DNA from: Bdellovibrionota bacterium
Lineage (GTDB): Bacteria > Bdellovibrionota_G > JALEGL01 > DATDPG01
Direction: 5' to 3'
Length of the DNA: 64,000 nt
NCBI GenBank assembly: GCA_963668355.1
Contig: OY764265.1
Location: forward strand, 992,001 to 1,056,000
This document shows positions 29,318 to 39,511 of this stretch, in pieces. The notes below the pieces were generated by a model, which saw only the letters and a program-made list of their open reading frames with translations, was not told the DNA's origin and made no database searches. The first letter of the stretch is position 1. Every line of letters starts with the position of its first letter. The translations under genes and the position numbers were made by a program.

Positions 29318-31722
29318 AGAAAATTTTGAGGCTGAAGGTCGAGCTTCAAAATTACTTGATTGGCTTTCAAGCTTTCCGTTCCCGCTTGCACAAGCCACCT
29401 CGAGAAATCTCCCAGAACATTTCGTTTTTGGCTTCGAAGCAACAAATGATATCGATACCAGCCAGAAACTTGAGAAAGAGGAGCAGGAGAAGGTCCCAAA
29501 ACCTCGATCTTTTGAGTTTTTCCATATTGACGGGCTTGCTTTCCTAGCCACATGGCTCCTTGACGAACATCCGCTTCATGACGACTCGCCAGTTCCACCA
29601 TCGAAAGAAATTGACAGGGGGGATAGCTTAACTCGGCTCTCAGCTTGATTTCTTTCTCGTAAAATTCCCGATAATTCTGGGTAGCAGCCAAACGAATGGA
29701 ATAATGATCCGGCTGGAACGTTTGGATGATCGCGTGACCACGGACGTTTCCGCGCCCCGCTCGACCAATCACCTGTGTCAACAATTGAAAGGTGCGTTCA
29801 GAGGCTCTGAAATCCGGGAAATGGAGTGACTGATCCGCCAAAAGAACGCCAACCAGGGAAACTTGAGGAACATCGAGACCTTTGGTCACCATTTGTGTGC
29901 CGACTAAAATATCCCCTTCTCCCCTCGCAAACGCCGCTAATATTTTTTCATGTGCATCCTTTTTACGAACAGCGTCTCGATCCATTCTTAAAACATTGGC
30001 GTCTGGAAAATATCGAGAAAGTTCTTGAACCACGCGCTCCGTACCAACCCCCAAATGTACCCATTGTTGATGCCCACAATCTGGACAACTGCTCGAAAGC
30101 ATTTTTTCAAATCCGCAATAGTGACAAAGATAAGACTTTGAATTTTGGTGGAACGTCAGGGAAACAGCACACTGTTCGCATTTCAAACTGACCCCACAAG
30201 AAGGGCACAGAACGACAGGAGAAAACCCACGGCGATTCAAAAACAAAATGGCTCGCTCTTTTCTTTCCAAGACCTGGGTAAGTCCTTCTCGCAACTCTTC
30301 GGAAAGAATATCTCCATCCCCAAAACGTTTGGCCCGAGACCTTAGATCAACGATATTTACATCCGGAAGAGGGTTTGGGGTCACGCGTTTGGGAAGTTCC
30401 AGAAGACATCCACTTTCTAGCGTCGCTTGTGTAAAACTTTCCATTGAGGGAGTTGCCGACCCTCGCAAGATCACAGCGTTGTTTCTTTGGGCTCGATATT
30501 TAGCGACCTGACGAGCATCATAAAGAAGACCTTCTTCTTGTTTGTACGACCCATCATGTTCTTCGTCTAAAATGATCAACCCAATATCTTGAAGCGGAGC
30601 AAAAACGGCACTTCGCGTGCCAATTACAAGCCGGGCCTGTTTTTTCTTTACCCTCATCCATTCGTTTAAGCGTTCACTTTCATTTCTACCGCTATGCAAG
30701 ACCGCTACCGTTTCTCCAAAACGGGCCTGAAATCGGCTGACAAACTGGGGGGTAAGAGATATCTCCGGCACCAAGGCCAATACGGTTTGGTTTTTCTTCA
30801 AAACCTCTTTGGCCAATCGTAAGTAGACTTCCGTTTTTCCACTCCCGGTCACCCCATATAACAAAAAAGACTTATACGTCTTTGATTGAATTGAGGTTTG
30901 GACTCGGCTGATCACTTGCTTCTGCTCTTCGGTTAAATGAATTTCGCGTGGAGACGTTTCCAAGAGGGAGGGGCGTAAAACCTCATTCCCCTCGCGATAC
31001 TCAAAGGAAATCAGATTTTTTCGATATAGCGTTCCTAAAATCCTTCGAGCTTCAGGGATCTCTTTTCGCAAATCGTCCAAAAAACACTCTCCGCGGTGCT
31101 CTTTTAATTTTTCGACAAAACGAATTTGTTGTTTCCCCCGAAGCGGAGTCTTTAATTGAACGCCTTCCGTCAGAGAGACCCACAACCTCTTTTTCTGCTG
31201 GGCCCTCTCCTTTTTGAGAATGGTTTCGAGATAAACCCACCCCCCTTCTTCAAGGGTGCGGATCAACTTGGCACTGCCCGGGATTCGCTTTAAGGCATGG
31301 ACATAGTCCAATCCCTTGCTTCGTTTGACCCGAAGCCAAAAGTCTTGTTGGTCTTTTTGGGATGGGGGATCTTCTCGACGGGTGACGCGAATCATTCTTC
31401 GGGTCTGTCGAATGAGACCGGGTGGCAAAAGCGTTTGCAGCGTTTCTCCAATGGAGCGCCCATGAAGCTTGGCCAAATCTTGGGCTAAATCAATGAGTTC
31501 CTGTGTGAGAACCGGGTGTTCATCCAACACCGCATCCACATTTTTGGCTCGAAATTCTCCCGCTTCCTTCGGGAAATCAACCACAAACCCTGTTAGCGTT
31601 CGTTGTTTGAACGGGACGAGAACCCGATGTCCGACTTCAATGCAGTCTGTGAATTCCGAGGCTGAATACGTAAACGTTTGGTTGAGGGGTAATGGAAAAA
31701 CAACTTCGACAAACTGCGGCAC
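29314..31722 (-). CDS. priA: Primosomal protein N' (replication restart helicase)
   Basis: GVTGSGKTEVY, LVPEISLTPQ, DEEHD, LNRRGF, Cys-rich zinc motifs, GTQMVTKGLD, GRAGR. Confidence 0.97.
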   Translation of the reverse strand: MPQFVEVVFPLPLNQTFTYSASEFTDCIEVGHRVLVPFKQRTLTGFVVDFPKEAGEFRAKNVDAVLDEHPVLTQELIDLAQDLAKLHGRSIGETLQTLLPPGLIRQTRRMIRVTRREDPPSQKDQQDFWLRVKRSKGLDYVHALKRIPGSAKLIRTLEEGGWVYLETILKKERAQQKKRLWVSLTEGVQLKTPLRGKQQIRFVEKLKEHRGECFLDDLRKEIPEARRILGTLYRKNLISFEYREGNEVLRPSLLETSPREIHLTEEQKQVISRVQTSIQSKTYKSFLLYGVTGSGKTEVYLRLAKEVLKKNQTVLALVPEISLTPQFVSRFQARFGETVAVLHSGRNESERLNEWMRVKKKQARLVIGTRSAVFAPLQDIGLIILDEEHDGSYKQEEGLLYDARQVAKYRAQRNNAVILRGSATPSMESFTQATLESGCLLELPKRVTPNPLPDVNIVDLRSRAKRFGDGDILSEELREGLTQVLERKERAILFLNRRGFSPVVLCPSCGVSLKCEQCAVSLTFHQNSKSYLCHYCGFEKMLSSSCPDCGHQQWVHLGVGTERVVQELSRYFPDANVLRMDRDAVRKKDAHEKILAAFARGEGDILVGTQMVTKGLDVPQVSLVGVLLADQSLHFPDFRASERTFQLLTQVIGRAGRGNVRGHAIIQTFQPDHYSIRLAATQNYREFYEKEIKLRAELSYPPCQFLSMVELASRHEADVRQGAMWLGKQARQYGKTQKIEVLGPSPAPLSQVSGWYRYHLLLRSQKRNVLGDFSRWLVQAGTESLKANQVILKLDLQPQNFL

Positions 31723-31730
31723 AAGTCTTC

Positions 31731-32450
31731 TTACTTCGTCTTCCCCCTTGAGTGCAAGGTCTCAAGTTTAAATATTGAATTTTTAAGGGAAATTCCGGTT
31801 TGCACCGTGGCAACCTGGCTTCGAGACAGGGTCTCTTCATTTCTTTTAATTTCAATCACTTCCGGATAGTGCCCTGGAAAACCCTTTCCCGATGGCCTTG
31901 CGAAGCGATACTCTCTTCCATCGATGACGGCTCCCAGAGGGATCCATGTATTCTTCTCAAAAATCAGTCGACGTCCGGATTCTTCCCCCATTTCGTAGGC
32001 GACCTCTCCGTTTTGTTGAATCCAGCGCACCTTCTCCAAAGAAATCTTCATTTGCGTCAACAAGCTAATCAATCGTTCTTTTGAACCGGCGGTCCACAAC
32101 ACACCCAAAGGACCTAGCAATTCCAATGGAGGCTTCCTCTCTACACCTCTTGGAGTCACGCGATAGGATTTTCCAGGCATGACCAATTCGTTGATCACTC
32201 CATTTGGATACTTGGATTCCATTCGAAACTGAAGCGGGCGCTTAATCCAAATGTTTTCCGAAATTTCCGCTTGGCCATCCTCATAGTCCCGGCCAAAAAG
32301 AGTTGTGACTTGGGCAACATGCAGGGTTTTGACACGGCGAATTTTTTTCATCCATTGGCCCAACACAAAATCCGAAGAAGGGACATAGGCCAACGCCTGT
32401 GAACTAAAAAAGAGAAAAAACGATGCGAAAAGAAATCGCACGAAGATCAC
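31731..32450 (-). CDS. Exported hypothetical protein (beta-rich, possibly LolA/outer-membrane-sorting-like fold)
   Basis: GTG 32450 overlaps the galU stop; signal peptide (SQALA-YV); the fold call is tentative. Confidence 0.6.
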   Translation of the reverse strand: MIFVRFLFASFFLFFSSQALAYVPSSDFVLGQWMKKIRRVKTLHVAQVTTLFGRDYEDGQAEISENIWIKRPLQFRMESKYPNGVINELVMPGKSYRVTPRGVERKPPLELLGPLGVLWTAGSKERLISLLTQMKISLEKVRWIQQNGEVAYEMGEESGRRLIFEKNTWIPLGAVIDGREYRFARPSGKGFPGHYPEVIEIKRNEETLSRSQVATVQTGISLKNSIFKLETLHSRGKTK

Positions 32451-33322
32451 TCTCCCCGTTTTAACAACTTGTTTAGAATGGGCTTGAGTTTTTCTCGTAA
32501 ATCTGGGGCTTGCCAAGCGTGAAGTAAATTGGCTTCGATAAAACCTACCGGCTGTCCGGAGTCCAGCCGATCTCCCTCAAAGGGATAGGCCGTCATTCCC
32601 TTTTCTTTTGCGATTTTCAACATGGCATCGGTCAACTGAATTTCTCCCAATTTGCCAGGCTTGGTTTCTTCAATCGCATTGAAAATTTCGGGTTCAAATA
32701 AATACCTGCCAATGATGGCCCACTGACTGGGAGCTTCTTCTGTCTTTGGCTTCTCCACCATTCCCTCAATGGAAAAGGGATTTCTTCCTTCCATATTGGA
32801 TCCAAAAACAATTCCATACGAACTCACGCGGTCACGCGCAACATGTTCTACCGCCACAACTGAACATCCATCTTTCTCGTACTGAGCCATCAATTGAGCG
32901 GCGCAAGGGACCTTCGACACCACCAAATCATCCGGCAAGACAACCAAGAAGGGTTCATTCTCAATGGCTTCTCGTCCGCATAAAACTGCATGTCCGAGAC
33001 CCTTGGCTTCCATCTGATAGAGCTTACGAAACTTCACCTTCTCAAGAAGCTCCGGGTGATCCTGTAAGCGATCAGACTGGTTACGTTCGGCCAGAACTTG
33101 TTCAACCCACCCCCCGGAAGAAAAGTGATCGAAAATAATTTCTTTCTCGGGGTGGATGATAAGAACGATTTCCTCGATCCCGGACAGGGCCAACTCAATG
33201 GCGATCCGCTCCAAGGCGGGACGATCTACAATGGGTAGAAGCTCTTTGGGAACAACTTTGGTAGCTGGAAGAAATCGTGTGCCCAAACCTGCAGCAGGAA
33301 TGAGGGCTTTTCTAGGCTTCAT
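32447..33322 (-). CDS. galU: UTP--glucose-1-phosphate uridylyltransferase
   Basis: PAAGLGTRFLPATKVVPKELLP, GLGHAV, VEKP, GEIQLTDAM; ATG 33322 overlaps the dksA stop. Confidence 0.95.
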   Translation of the reverse strand: MKPRKALIPAAGLGTRFLPATKVVPKELLPIVDRPALERIAIELALSGIEEIVLIIHPEKEIIFDHFSSGGWVEQVLAERNQSDRLQDHPELLEKVKFRKLYQMEAKGLGHAVLCGREAIENEPFLVVLPDDLVVSKVPCAAQLMAQYEKDGCSVVAVEHVARDRVSSYGIVFGSNMEGRNPFSIEGMVEKPKTEEAPSQWAIIGRYLFEPEIFNAIEETKPGKLGEIQLTDAMLKIAKEKGMTAYPFEGDRLDSGQPVGFIEANLLHAWQAPDLREKLKPILNKLLKRGE

Positions 33323-33705
33323 GCCTCCATCCGTTTTTCTTGCTCTTCCATATCGGTCTTGCACTCAATACATTGAGTGGTAACCATGCGGGCCCGAAGA
33401 CGTTTCTCACCAATCGGCTCTCCACAAATCTCACAAAGACCGAATTCACCTTTATCAATTCGCTCGATGGCTTCTTTGATTTTGAGAATCAATTTTCTCT
33501 CGCGATCTTTGATGCGGAGAAGAAAATTTCGATCCATTTCTTCCGAAGCTTGATCCGTTAAATCCGCCGGGACCTCTTTGACTTCCGTCATATTGCCCAT
33601 TTGTTGGCGCGCGTCTGAAATCAAGTCATTCATTCGCTCCGTTAACATTTTCCGAAACTCTTCTTGTTTTTTCTTTGTCAGTGCTGCTCTTTTAGCTGCT
33701 GCCAT
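33319..33705 (-). CDS. dksA: RNA polymerase-binding protein DksA
   Basis: DLTDQA coiled-coil tip; C4 zinc finger CEIC...CIEC; GGAGG RBS before ATG 33705. Confidence 0.93.
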   Translation of the reverse strand: MAAAKRAALTKKKQEEFRKMLTERMNDLISDARQQMGNMTEVKEVPADLTDQASEEMDRNFLLRIKDRERKLILKIKEAIERIDKGEFGLCEICGEPIGEKRLRARMVTTQCIECKTDMEEQEKRMEA

Positions 33706-33750
33706 AATATTTACCTCCAACTACACCAACCCATGGGCGGGTCGGTAAGA

Positions 33751-33780
33751 CACTATAACGAACCAAGACGCCGTTTTCCA
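33751..33780 (-). promoter_or_regulatory. Possible sigma-70 promoter of the dksA-galU-priA operon, followed by a 5' hairpin (33725-33746)
   Basis: TGGAAA-N17-TATAGT on the minus strand; ACCGACCC/GGGTTGGT stem just downstream. Confidence 0.35.
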
Positions 33781-33990
33781 GCCTTTCCGGCGCAGGCCAA
33801 ATTTTCCTTTTTCAAAAAACCTGGATTTTTTTGAGAAATGGTGCGGTGAAAAAAATGGATTCCTTCACGAAATCGCTTTCTCTAGAACACCAGAGCGACA
33901 CGGGAAAATATACGTCTGGGGGGATTTTCCCATGTCGCTCTTGAGCACTCCTTGGGTGTTCGCACCCCCTTATAGGGTAGTCGTAAAAAC

Positions 33991-34872
33991 CTATGCTTCG
34001 CCTGGAACCGTTGTCCGGACTTCGACATCGGCGACGGACGCATCTTCGACACATTCTACAATGAATTCGAAGTCCTCTTCTCGTCGAGGAATGTTCTCCG
34101 GTATTTTGGCCAAGCGGTCCTCCCGAGCCAGGACGCTTCGGTTGGCTGGGGGGACAGATCGGTACATATACGCCAGCTTTCGAATTTGCGTCATCACATC
34201 ACTCGGAATCCCAGAAAGACTTGTCATTTCAAACACTCTTGTTCTCCTCACCCACGTCAACGATGGAATGCCAATGGCAAAAAACTTCCGAACATCAATG
34301 TCACTGATCTCTTCGCTATCTCGAAGTGCTCGATAAAATTCGACAAGATTGCGAACGGCCAAGCGATAACCTCGAAAATGAACATCAAAGCGCTCGCTCA
34401 ATTTATGAAAACCTTCCATCACCACTTCGCGCATGGCCGCCGATCCGGTCTGGTCTCTCTCTCCCAAAGCCAGCTGTAAAAGGGAACGGAAGAACGTAAG
34501 ATCTTCTGCATGACGCTCTAGCCCCACGGCTTCTGTTCGAGAAATCAACGGAGAAATCACCATCTCCGAAATCTCCAACAGTTCTCGAGAGGTTTCGCCC
34601 AGCGTCAAAGCTTTGATGTATCTGGAAACCGGCGCCAACGCGTTCTGGGCCAATTCAAGATACGTTTCTTGCATCTGTCGAATGCCCGGATCCGGGCTCA
34701 GACCATCTGCGCGTTCTGCTTCTTCCGCGGCGAGAGCCATCTCCTCTTCCGCCGTCATTTCCAAGTTATCGAGTTCTTTGTCGAGCTCTTCGATCAAGTC
34801 ATCGGGAAGACGGTGCTCTACTTCTCCAAAATCTTGCTCCATGGCTCTGGCATAGGGATCTTCACTCATCAC
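33991..34872 (-). CDS. Hypothetical protein with acidic N-terminus and a helix-hairpin-helix-like segment
   Basis: GGAGGT RBS; KFFAIGIPSL...EMTSLSGIPSD resembles an HhH/RadA-N-like pattern. Confidence 0.6.
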   Translation of the reverse strand: MMSEDPYARAMEQDFGEVEHRLPDDLIEELDKELDNLEMTAEEEMALAAEEAERADGLSPDPGIRQMQETYLELAQNALAPVSRYIKALTLGETSRELLEISEMVISPLISRTEAVGLERHAEDLTFFRSLLQLALGERDQTGSAAMREVVMEGFHKLSERFDVHFRGYRLAVRNLVEFYRALRDSEEISDIDVRKFFAIGIPSLTWVRRTRVFEMTSLSGIPSDVMTQIRKLAYMYRSVPPANRSVLAREDRLAKIPENIPRREEDFEFIVECVEDASVADVEVRTTVPGEA

Positions 34873-35129
34873 AGCTTACCTCCGAAGGGTTTTTTATTGA
34901 GGACGAGTCCGTTGAATACGGTTCGAGAAATTTGTGTGTGAGGATTCCCCTTTTCCTTGGCTTCATCGGCAAGGAAGCTTGAGTCACCCACGGCTGAATA
35001 GTATCGACACACACCTATCTTTCTTGCATGAATGGTACTATATCGTAACGTATGGTCAACTTTTTTTAATAAATTCCGACCTTAATGAAAATCAAGAAAA
35101 AGATGCCCAAAATGAGATTTTTTTTGAAT

Positions 35130-35678
35130 TCAGGACTTATGGGGAATCGCCAAAACGGCTGCCTTCATCAAATCCCCAATAACAAAGGGCACGAAGCCCA
35201 TGGCCAAGGCATGTCCCCAAGAAATCCCGAGAACCAGCTTAAGCTGAAGGACACCCGGAACAAAGATCAATAAAGCCATGGCGGAAAGCCGGGTCCATTT
35301 TTGAAAATAGGAGAGGTCTTTCCATACAGGATGAATCCATGCCGCCGTTAATCCAGCCACCAGCGGGAAACCAATCAAATATCCCCCATTGGCGGAAAGG
35401 AGATACTGAAAAGACGAGGTGTCCCCGGTGAACAAAGGCAGTCCCAAGCCGCCCAAGAGAAGATACAGAATTTGGGCATAGAAGCCGTCTTTTCCCAAGA
35501 ACATGGCGCCTCCGAGAATGACCGCGGTCTGAAGAGACAGGGGAACCGGCGTAAAAGGAAGGGGAATGGCCACCCAAGCGCTCAGACCGGTGAGCAAAGC
35601 CACAGCCAAGACTGAAAAAACACGAATCAGCGGACGGGGAGCCGCCTGCACTTGTTCCCGTAAGGTCAAAGAATTCAT
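35130..35678 (-). CDS. bioY: Biotin transporter BioY
   Basis: PFTPVPLSLQT, YLLLGGLGLPLF, GGYLIGF, PFVIGDLMK; ATG 35678. Confidence 0.93.
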   Translation of the reverse strand: MNSLTLREQVQAAPRPLIRVFSVLAVALLTGLSAWVAIPLPFTPVPLSLQTAVILGGAMFLGKDGFYAQILYLLLGGLGLPLFTGDTSSFQYLLSANGGYLIGFPLVAGLTAAWIHPVWKDLSYFQKWTRLSAMALLIFVPGVLQLKLVLGISWGHALAMGFVPFVIGDLMKAAVLAIPHKS

Positions 35679-35709
35679 GTCCCGAACGATGCCAGGATTC
35701 TGGAGTACG

Positions 35710-36561
35710 TCAACTTTCCACGCGCGGGTCCAACGCGTCACGCAAAGCGTCTCCCACCAGATTGAAAGAAAGAACAATGAAAAACATGGCGAGCGTGGCC
35801 CCTCCGAGCTGCCACCAAATGCCTCGAATGAGTTCTTCTTTGGAATCGGCAATCATGATTCCCCAACTGGGCTCCCCTTGAACACCCAACCCCAAGTAAC
35901 TCAGAATCACCTCGGATTTGATCGCGTAAATGAAACGAAGAGAGAAATCGATAATCAAAAGATGAAACACATTGGGAAGAATGTGGAAAAACAAAATTCG
36001 TGCATGTCCGGCACCCAAAGCTTTGGCGGCCACGACATAGTCCTGGTCCTTGAGTTTAAGCACCTCAGCCCGAATGAGCCTGCAAATGCCTACCCACGAA
36101 GTTAACCCCACGGCGATATAGATGGAGACCAATCCTTTTCCCAATACGAAACTCAGCGAGGTCAATAAAAGGATTTGAGGAACGGATGTCACCGTGGAGT
36201 AAATCCAAACGACGAATTCATCCAAACGTCCGCCGAAGTAACCCGCCAATAATCCCAATAGCGCCCCAATCGGAATGGCAATGGCAGACGCAACCAACCC
36301 CACGGAAAAAGCCACTTGGGCTCCATGCAAAACTTTGGCAAAAACATCCCTGCCTAAAAAATCTGTTCCCAAAAAGAATTGGGCTCCAGGGGGAGCGTAG
36401 CTAGAACCCACACGCTCTCTAAAATCAAACGGCAAAACTCCCAAAGCCGAGGTCAAAGCGATCAGAGCATAGACAAAGATGCAGACCAGCCCAAACAAAG
36501 CCAGACGGTTGGACAGAACTTTTCGAAGAGCCTCTCTTCCGGGAGAATGCCGTCGGATCAC
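35710..36561 (-). CDS. Peptide/nickel ABC transporter permease (OppC/DppC-like)
   Basis: LGTDFLGRD, YVVAAKALGA...HILPN, NLVGDALRDALDPR. Confidence 0.93.
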   Translation of the reverse strand: MIRRHSPGREALRKVLSNRLALFGLVCIFVYALIALTSALGVLPFDFRERVGSSYAPPGAQFFLGTDFLGRDVFAKVLHGAQVAFSVGLVASAIAIPIGALLGLLAGYFGGRLDEFVVWIYSTVTSVPQILLLTSLSFVLGKGLVSIYIAVGLTSWVGICRLIRAEVLKLKDQDYVVAAKALGAGHARILFFHILPNVFHLLIIDFSLRFIYAIKSEVILSYLGLGVQGEPSWGIMIADSKEELIRGIWWQLGGATLAMFFIVLSFNLVGDALRDALDPRVES

Positions 36562-37493
36562 TTGAGCACCACTCTCGGATCGGCCTTCGCATAGAGAAGA
36601 TCGGATAGAAGATTAGCCATCACATAAAGAACGGCACCCAAAAAAGTCATGGCCTTGACCACCGGCCAATCGGCATTATTGAAGGCATCAATCATCATGC
36701 TGCCTAAGCCGGGAATGCCAAAGAAGTTCTCAAGCAAAAGCGAACCTAAGAACAGAAACGGAATTTCCACCACCATGCGCGTGATGATGGGAAGCATGGC
36801 ATTGCGAAGCACATGTTTAAAAAGAATGGAGCGCGTGCTTAAACCTTTGGCTTTGGCTGTTCGTACATAGTCCTGCTGCAACTCTTCCAGAAAAACGGTA
36901 CGAAAAAAACGAACATCCGCCCCCGTGGCCAAGAGAATCCAAATCAGCCAAGGAAGTGCGAGGTAGGTGATCGCCTCAGGAAAACTTTGCTCATAACCCG
37001 AAATCGGAAACCAATTGAATTTAAACGCCAACACATACTGCCCCACCAAAATGTAGGCGAGGGCGCTGATGCTCATACCCAAGACGGAGATCACAACCAA
37101 GAATCGATCAATGAGTTGATTCCGATGCGCCGCGGCCAACATCGCCAATGCAATCGCCAGCGTTTCACTCATCAAAAAGGCCGGAAGGGCCAGAGCCAAA
37201 GAAACTCCCGCACCATCTGCCAACATACGTCCAATGGTTTGGTGTGTATAAAACGAACGACCAAAATCCATGGTTACAATTTGTTTTAAATAATCAATGA
37301 ATTGCCAGAAAAGTGAGCGATCGAAACCATACTGCACACGAAGCGCAGCAAGTTCCTCCGCGGTCGCGTGCTTTCCTGCTAATTGAACGATGGGATCGCC
37401 ACCTGCCAAATAAAAAACAACGAATGTAATCAACGACACGCCGAACAAAATCGGAATGACATAGAGAGTTCTGCGTATGATGTAAGCAATCAT
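36558..37493 (-). CDS. Peptide/nickel ABC transporter permease (OppB/DppB-like)
   Basis: DFGRSF, DYVRTAKAKGL, KHVLRNAM, ENFFGIPGLG, DPRV. Confidence 0.93.
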   Translation of the reverse strand: MIAYIIRRTLYVIPILFGVSLITFVVFYLAGGDPIVQLAGKHATAEELAALRVQYGFDRSLFWQFIDYLKQIVTMDFGRSFYTHQTIGRMLADGAGVSLALALPAFLMSETLAIALAMLAAAHRNQLIDRFLVVISVLGMSISALAYILVGQYVLAFKFNWFPISGYEQSFPEAITYLALPWLIWILLATGADVRFFRTVFLEELQQDYVRTAKAKGLSTRSILFKHVLRNAMLPIITRMVVEIPFLFLGSLLLENFFGIPGLGSMMIDAFNNADWPVVKAMTFLGAVLYVMANLLSDLLYAKADPRVVLK

Positions 37494-39283
37494 TTTAACC
37501 GCGGAAGAAGCTCCTGTTTCTTCTTTAAATCGATGCCCAGGTATTTATAGGCCCCTGGAGAAAATGGATTTCTTTTATAATTTCTCACCCATCCCTGTCG
37601 AAGTGGAAAAGCGAGACGATGACCCAAAAATGCCCAGGGCACTTCTTCATGAATGATACGAACCATCTCTTTCACGATTTCCGCCCGTTCAGGCGAGTCC
37701 GGCATATCTCGCATTCTTCGATAAAGCTCATCGTATCGATCGTTCTGAAAATTCGCGTGATTCGGCCCGGGAGAAACATTCTCGCTGTAAAGTAATTGAA
37801 GAAAATTTTCTGGATCTGGATAGTCTGCGCTCCACGCGTATCCAAAAAACATCGTCTGTCCTTTGGCCATGCGTTGGTTGAGCTGAGGCCACGTACTGCC
37901 CCGAAGTTCCACATTCAACCCAATTTGGGACAAATCATAGGCAATGGCTTCGCCCATTTGACGAGATGTCGTGGAGGAGGTGAGATCGTACGTGAGGGTC
38001 GGAATATTCCCCTCCCCTCCGTTTTTAAGATATTGGGCTTTGGCCTTCTGCATCCAAACCTTGGCTTGTTTGGGATTGTAAGCATTTGGATCTTTTAAAT
38101 TTGGGTCATAACCAAACAAACCAGGAGGAATTGGCCCTTTCGCCAGGATCGCACGATTATTGTAGAAGAGTCGGATCCGTTCTTTGCGATTCAGGGCCAT
38201 GGAAATGGCTTTGCGCAACGCTTTGTTTTTCCCAAGAAGAGGATCCCTCATATTGAAGACTTGAAACACGACATCCGCACCTTCTTCTCGTTCGACCACG
38301 ATGCCGCGATTCAAAATGTCTTTTTTGACGTTCATGTGTTCATCAAACACCGAATCGAACGCTTCTTTTGGGATTCCCCCCAAATCCAAATTGCCTTTGA
38401 GAAAATTGAGCCATTGGGGCTGAGATTCGGTGTAAATCCAAAGCGTCAAGCGATCCACTAAAGGAAGTCGCTTCCCAGCATCTTCGTTGGAAGCCTGCGA
38501 AGGATACGTTTCATTCCAATAATGCGAATTCCGATCAAAAACGATTTTCTGCCCCCGTCGCCATTGTTTCAACACAAAGGGGCCGGTCCCCACAGGATGA
38601 TTCAAGAACTCTTCTTGATAGGCACGAACCACTTCTTTGGCGACGACTTTGGTCGGGGCCATGGCCAAGACATACAAAAATTGTCGGTAGGGTTGGGTTA
38701 AATGAAAGACGAGCGTTTCATCGTCAGGCGCGAAAATCCCCTCTACAGGAATTTCATCGTAGGGCTGATCGGGAGATACTTTTTTCCGTTTCTCTCGAAA
38801 AGCATCCAACCCTCGAATGCGCCCCTCCAGAACCCACCACATGGGTGATTTTTGATACGGGTCCGCCAAGCGTTTGATCGAGTACACAAAATCTTGGGCT
38901 CGAAGCTTTCGGGGTTTTCCGTGAAAAGCGGGATCTTCATGAAATAGAACGTCTGATCGAATGCGAAACGTGTATCGCGTTTGATCTTTCGAAACCTCGG
39001 GCATATCTACGGCCAAAAGGGGTTCAAGGGCATATGGCCGCGCCAGAAACTGATACTGAAGCAAGCCTTGGTACACTTGATTGATCGCAACATGCGAATA
39101 GGCATCGGAGGCCTGGATCGGATCAAATCCTCGAATGTCCGCAACCAGAGAGCCATGAATTTCGTTCTTCAAATTTTTCGAAGAAGACCGTTCGCACTGG
39201 GTTAGGCCCAAAATCATGCTCCCAAAAAGCAGAATCGAAACCCCCAACCGAAAACGCATCCATTTCAACCCGTTGTTTTTCAT
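37490..39283 (-). CDS. Peptide ABC transporter substrate-binding lipoprotein (family 5, OppA-like)
   Basis: Lipobox-like GLTQC; AQDFVYS, PVGTGPF, WSADYPDPENFL. Confidence 0.9.
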   Translation of the reverse strand: MKNNGLKWMRFRLGVSILLFGSMILGLTQCERSSSKNLKNEIHGSLVADIRGFDPIQASDAYSHVAINQVYQGLLQYQFLARPYALEPLLAVDMPEVSKDQTRYTFRIRSDVLFHEDPAFHGKPRKLRAQDFVYSIKRLADPYQKSPMWWVLEGRIRGLDAFREKRKKVSPDQPYDEIPVEGIFAPDDETLVFHLTQPYRQFLYVLAMAPTKVVAKEVVRAYQEEFLNHPVGTGPFVLKQWRRGQKIVFDRNSHYWNETYPSQASNEDAGKRLPLVDRLTLWIYTESQPQWLNFLKGNLDLGGIPKEAFDSVFDEHMNVKKDILNRGIVVEREEGADVVFQVFNMRDPLLGKNKALRKAISMALNRKERIRLFYNNRAILAKGPIPPGLFGYDPNLKDPNAYNPKQAKVWMQKAKAQYLKNGGEGNIPTLTYDLTSSTTSRQMGEAIAYDLSQIGLNVELRGSTWPQLNQRMAKGQTMFFGYAWSADYPDPENFLQLLYSENVSPGPNHANFQNDRYDELYRRMRDMPDSPERAEIVKEMVRIIHEEVPWAFLGHRLAFPLRQGWVRNYKRNPFSPGAYKYLGIDLKKKQELLPRLK

Positions 39284-39511
39284 AGCCCTTTCCAAACGCC
39301 CTTGATCTGCGCCGTTGATTATTCCATGAGATGAGACGAGTTTCTATGAATCCCTTCAATCCGGGGCGAAATTAAGGACCTCACGCAATTCCCTCGACTT
39401 TGGACGCCACCCCCTCAACAGGAAGCGCTCAGGGGCATCCCAGGCAGAGATCCGATGAAAGAGCCATTTCCTTCAAGAGAGATTCGAGTTAGAGTCCCCC
39501 TCGTGATCAAA

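Noticed and set aside
35679..35852. N-terminal extension of BioY in the ORF track
   Set aside because: Overlaps the oppC 3' end in another frame; BioY-like sequence begins near ATG 35678
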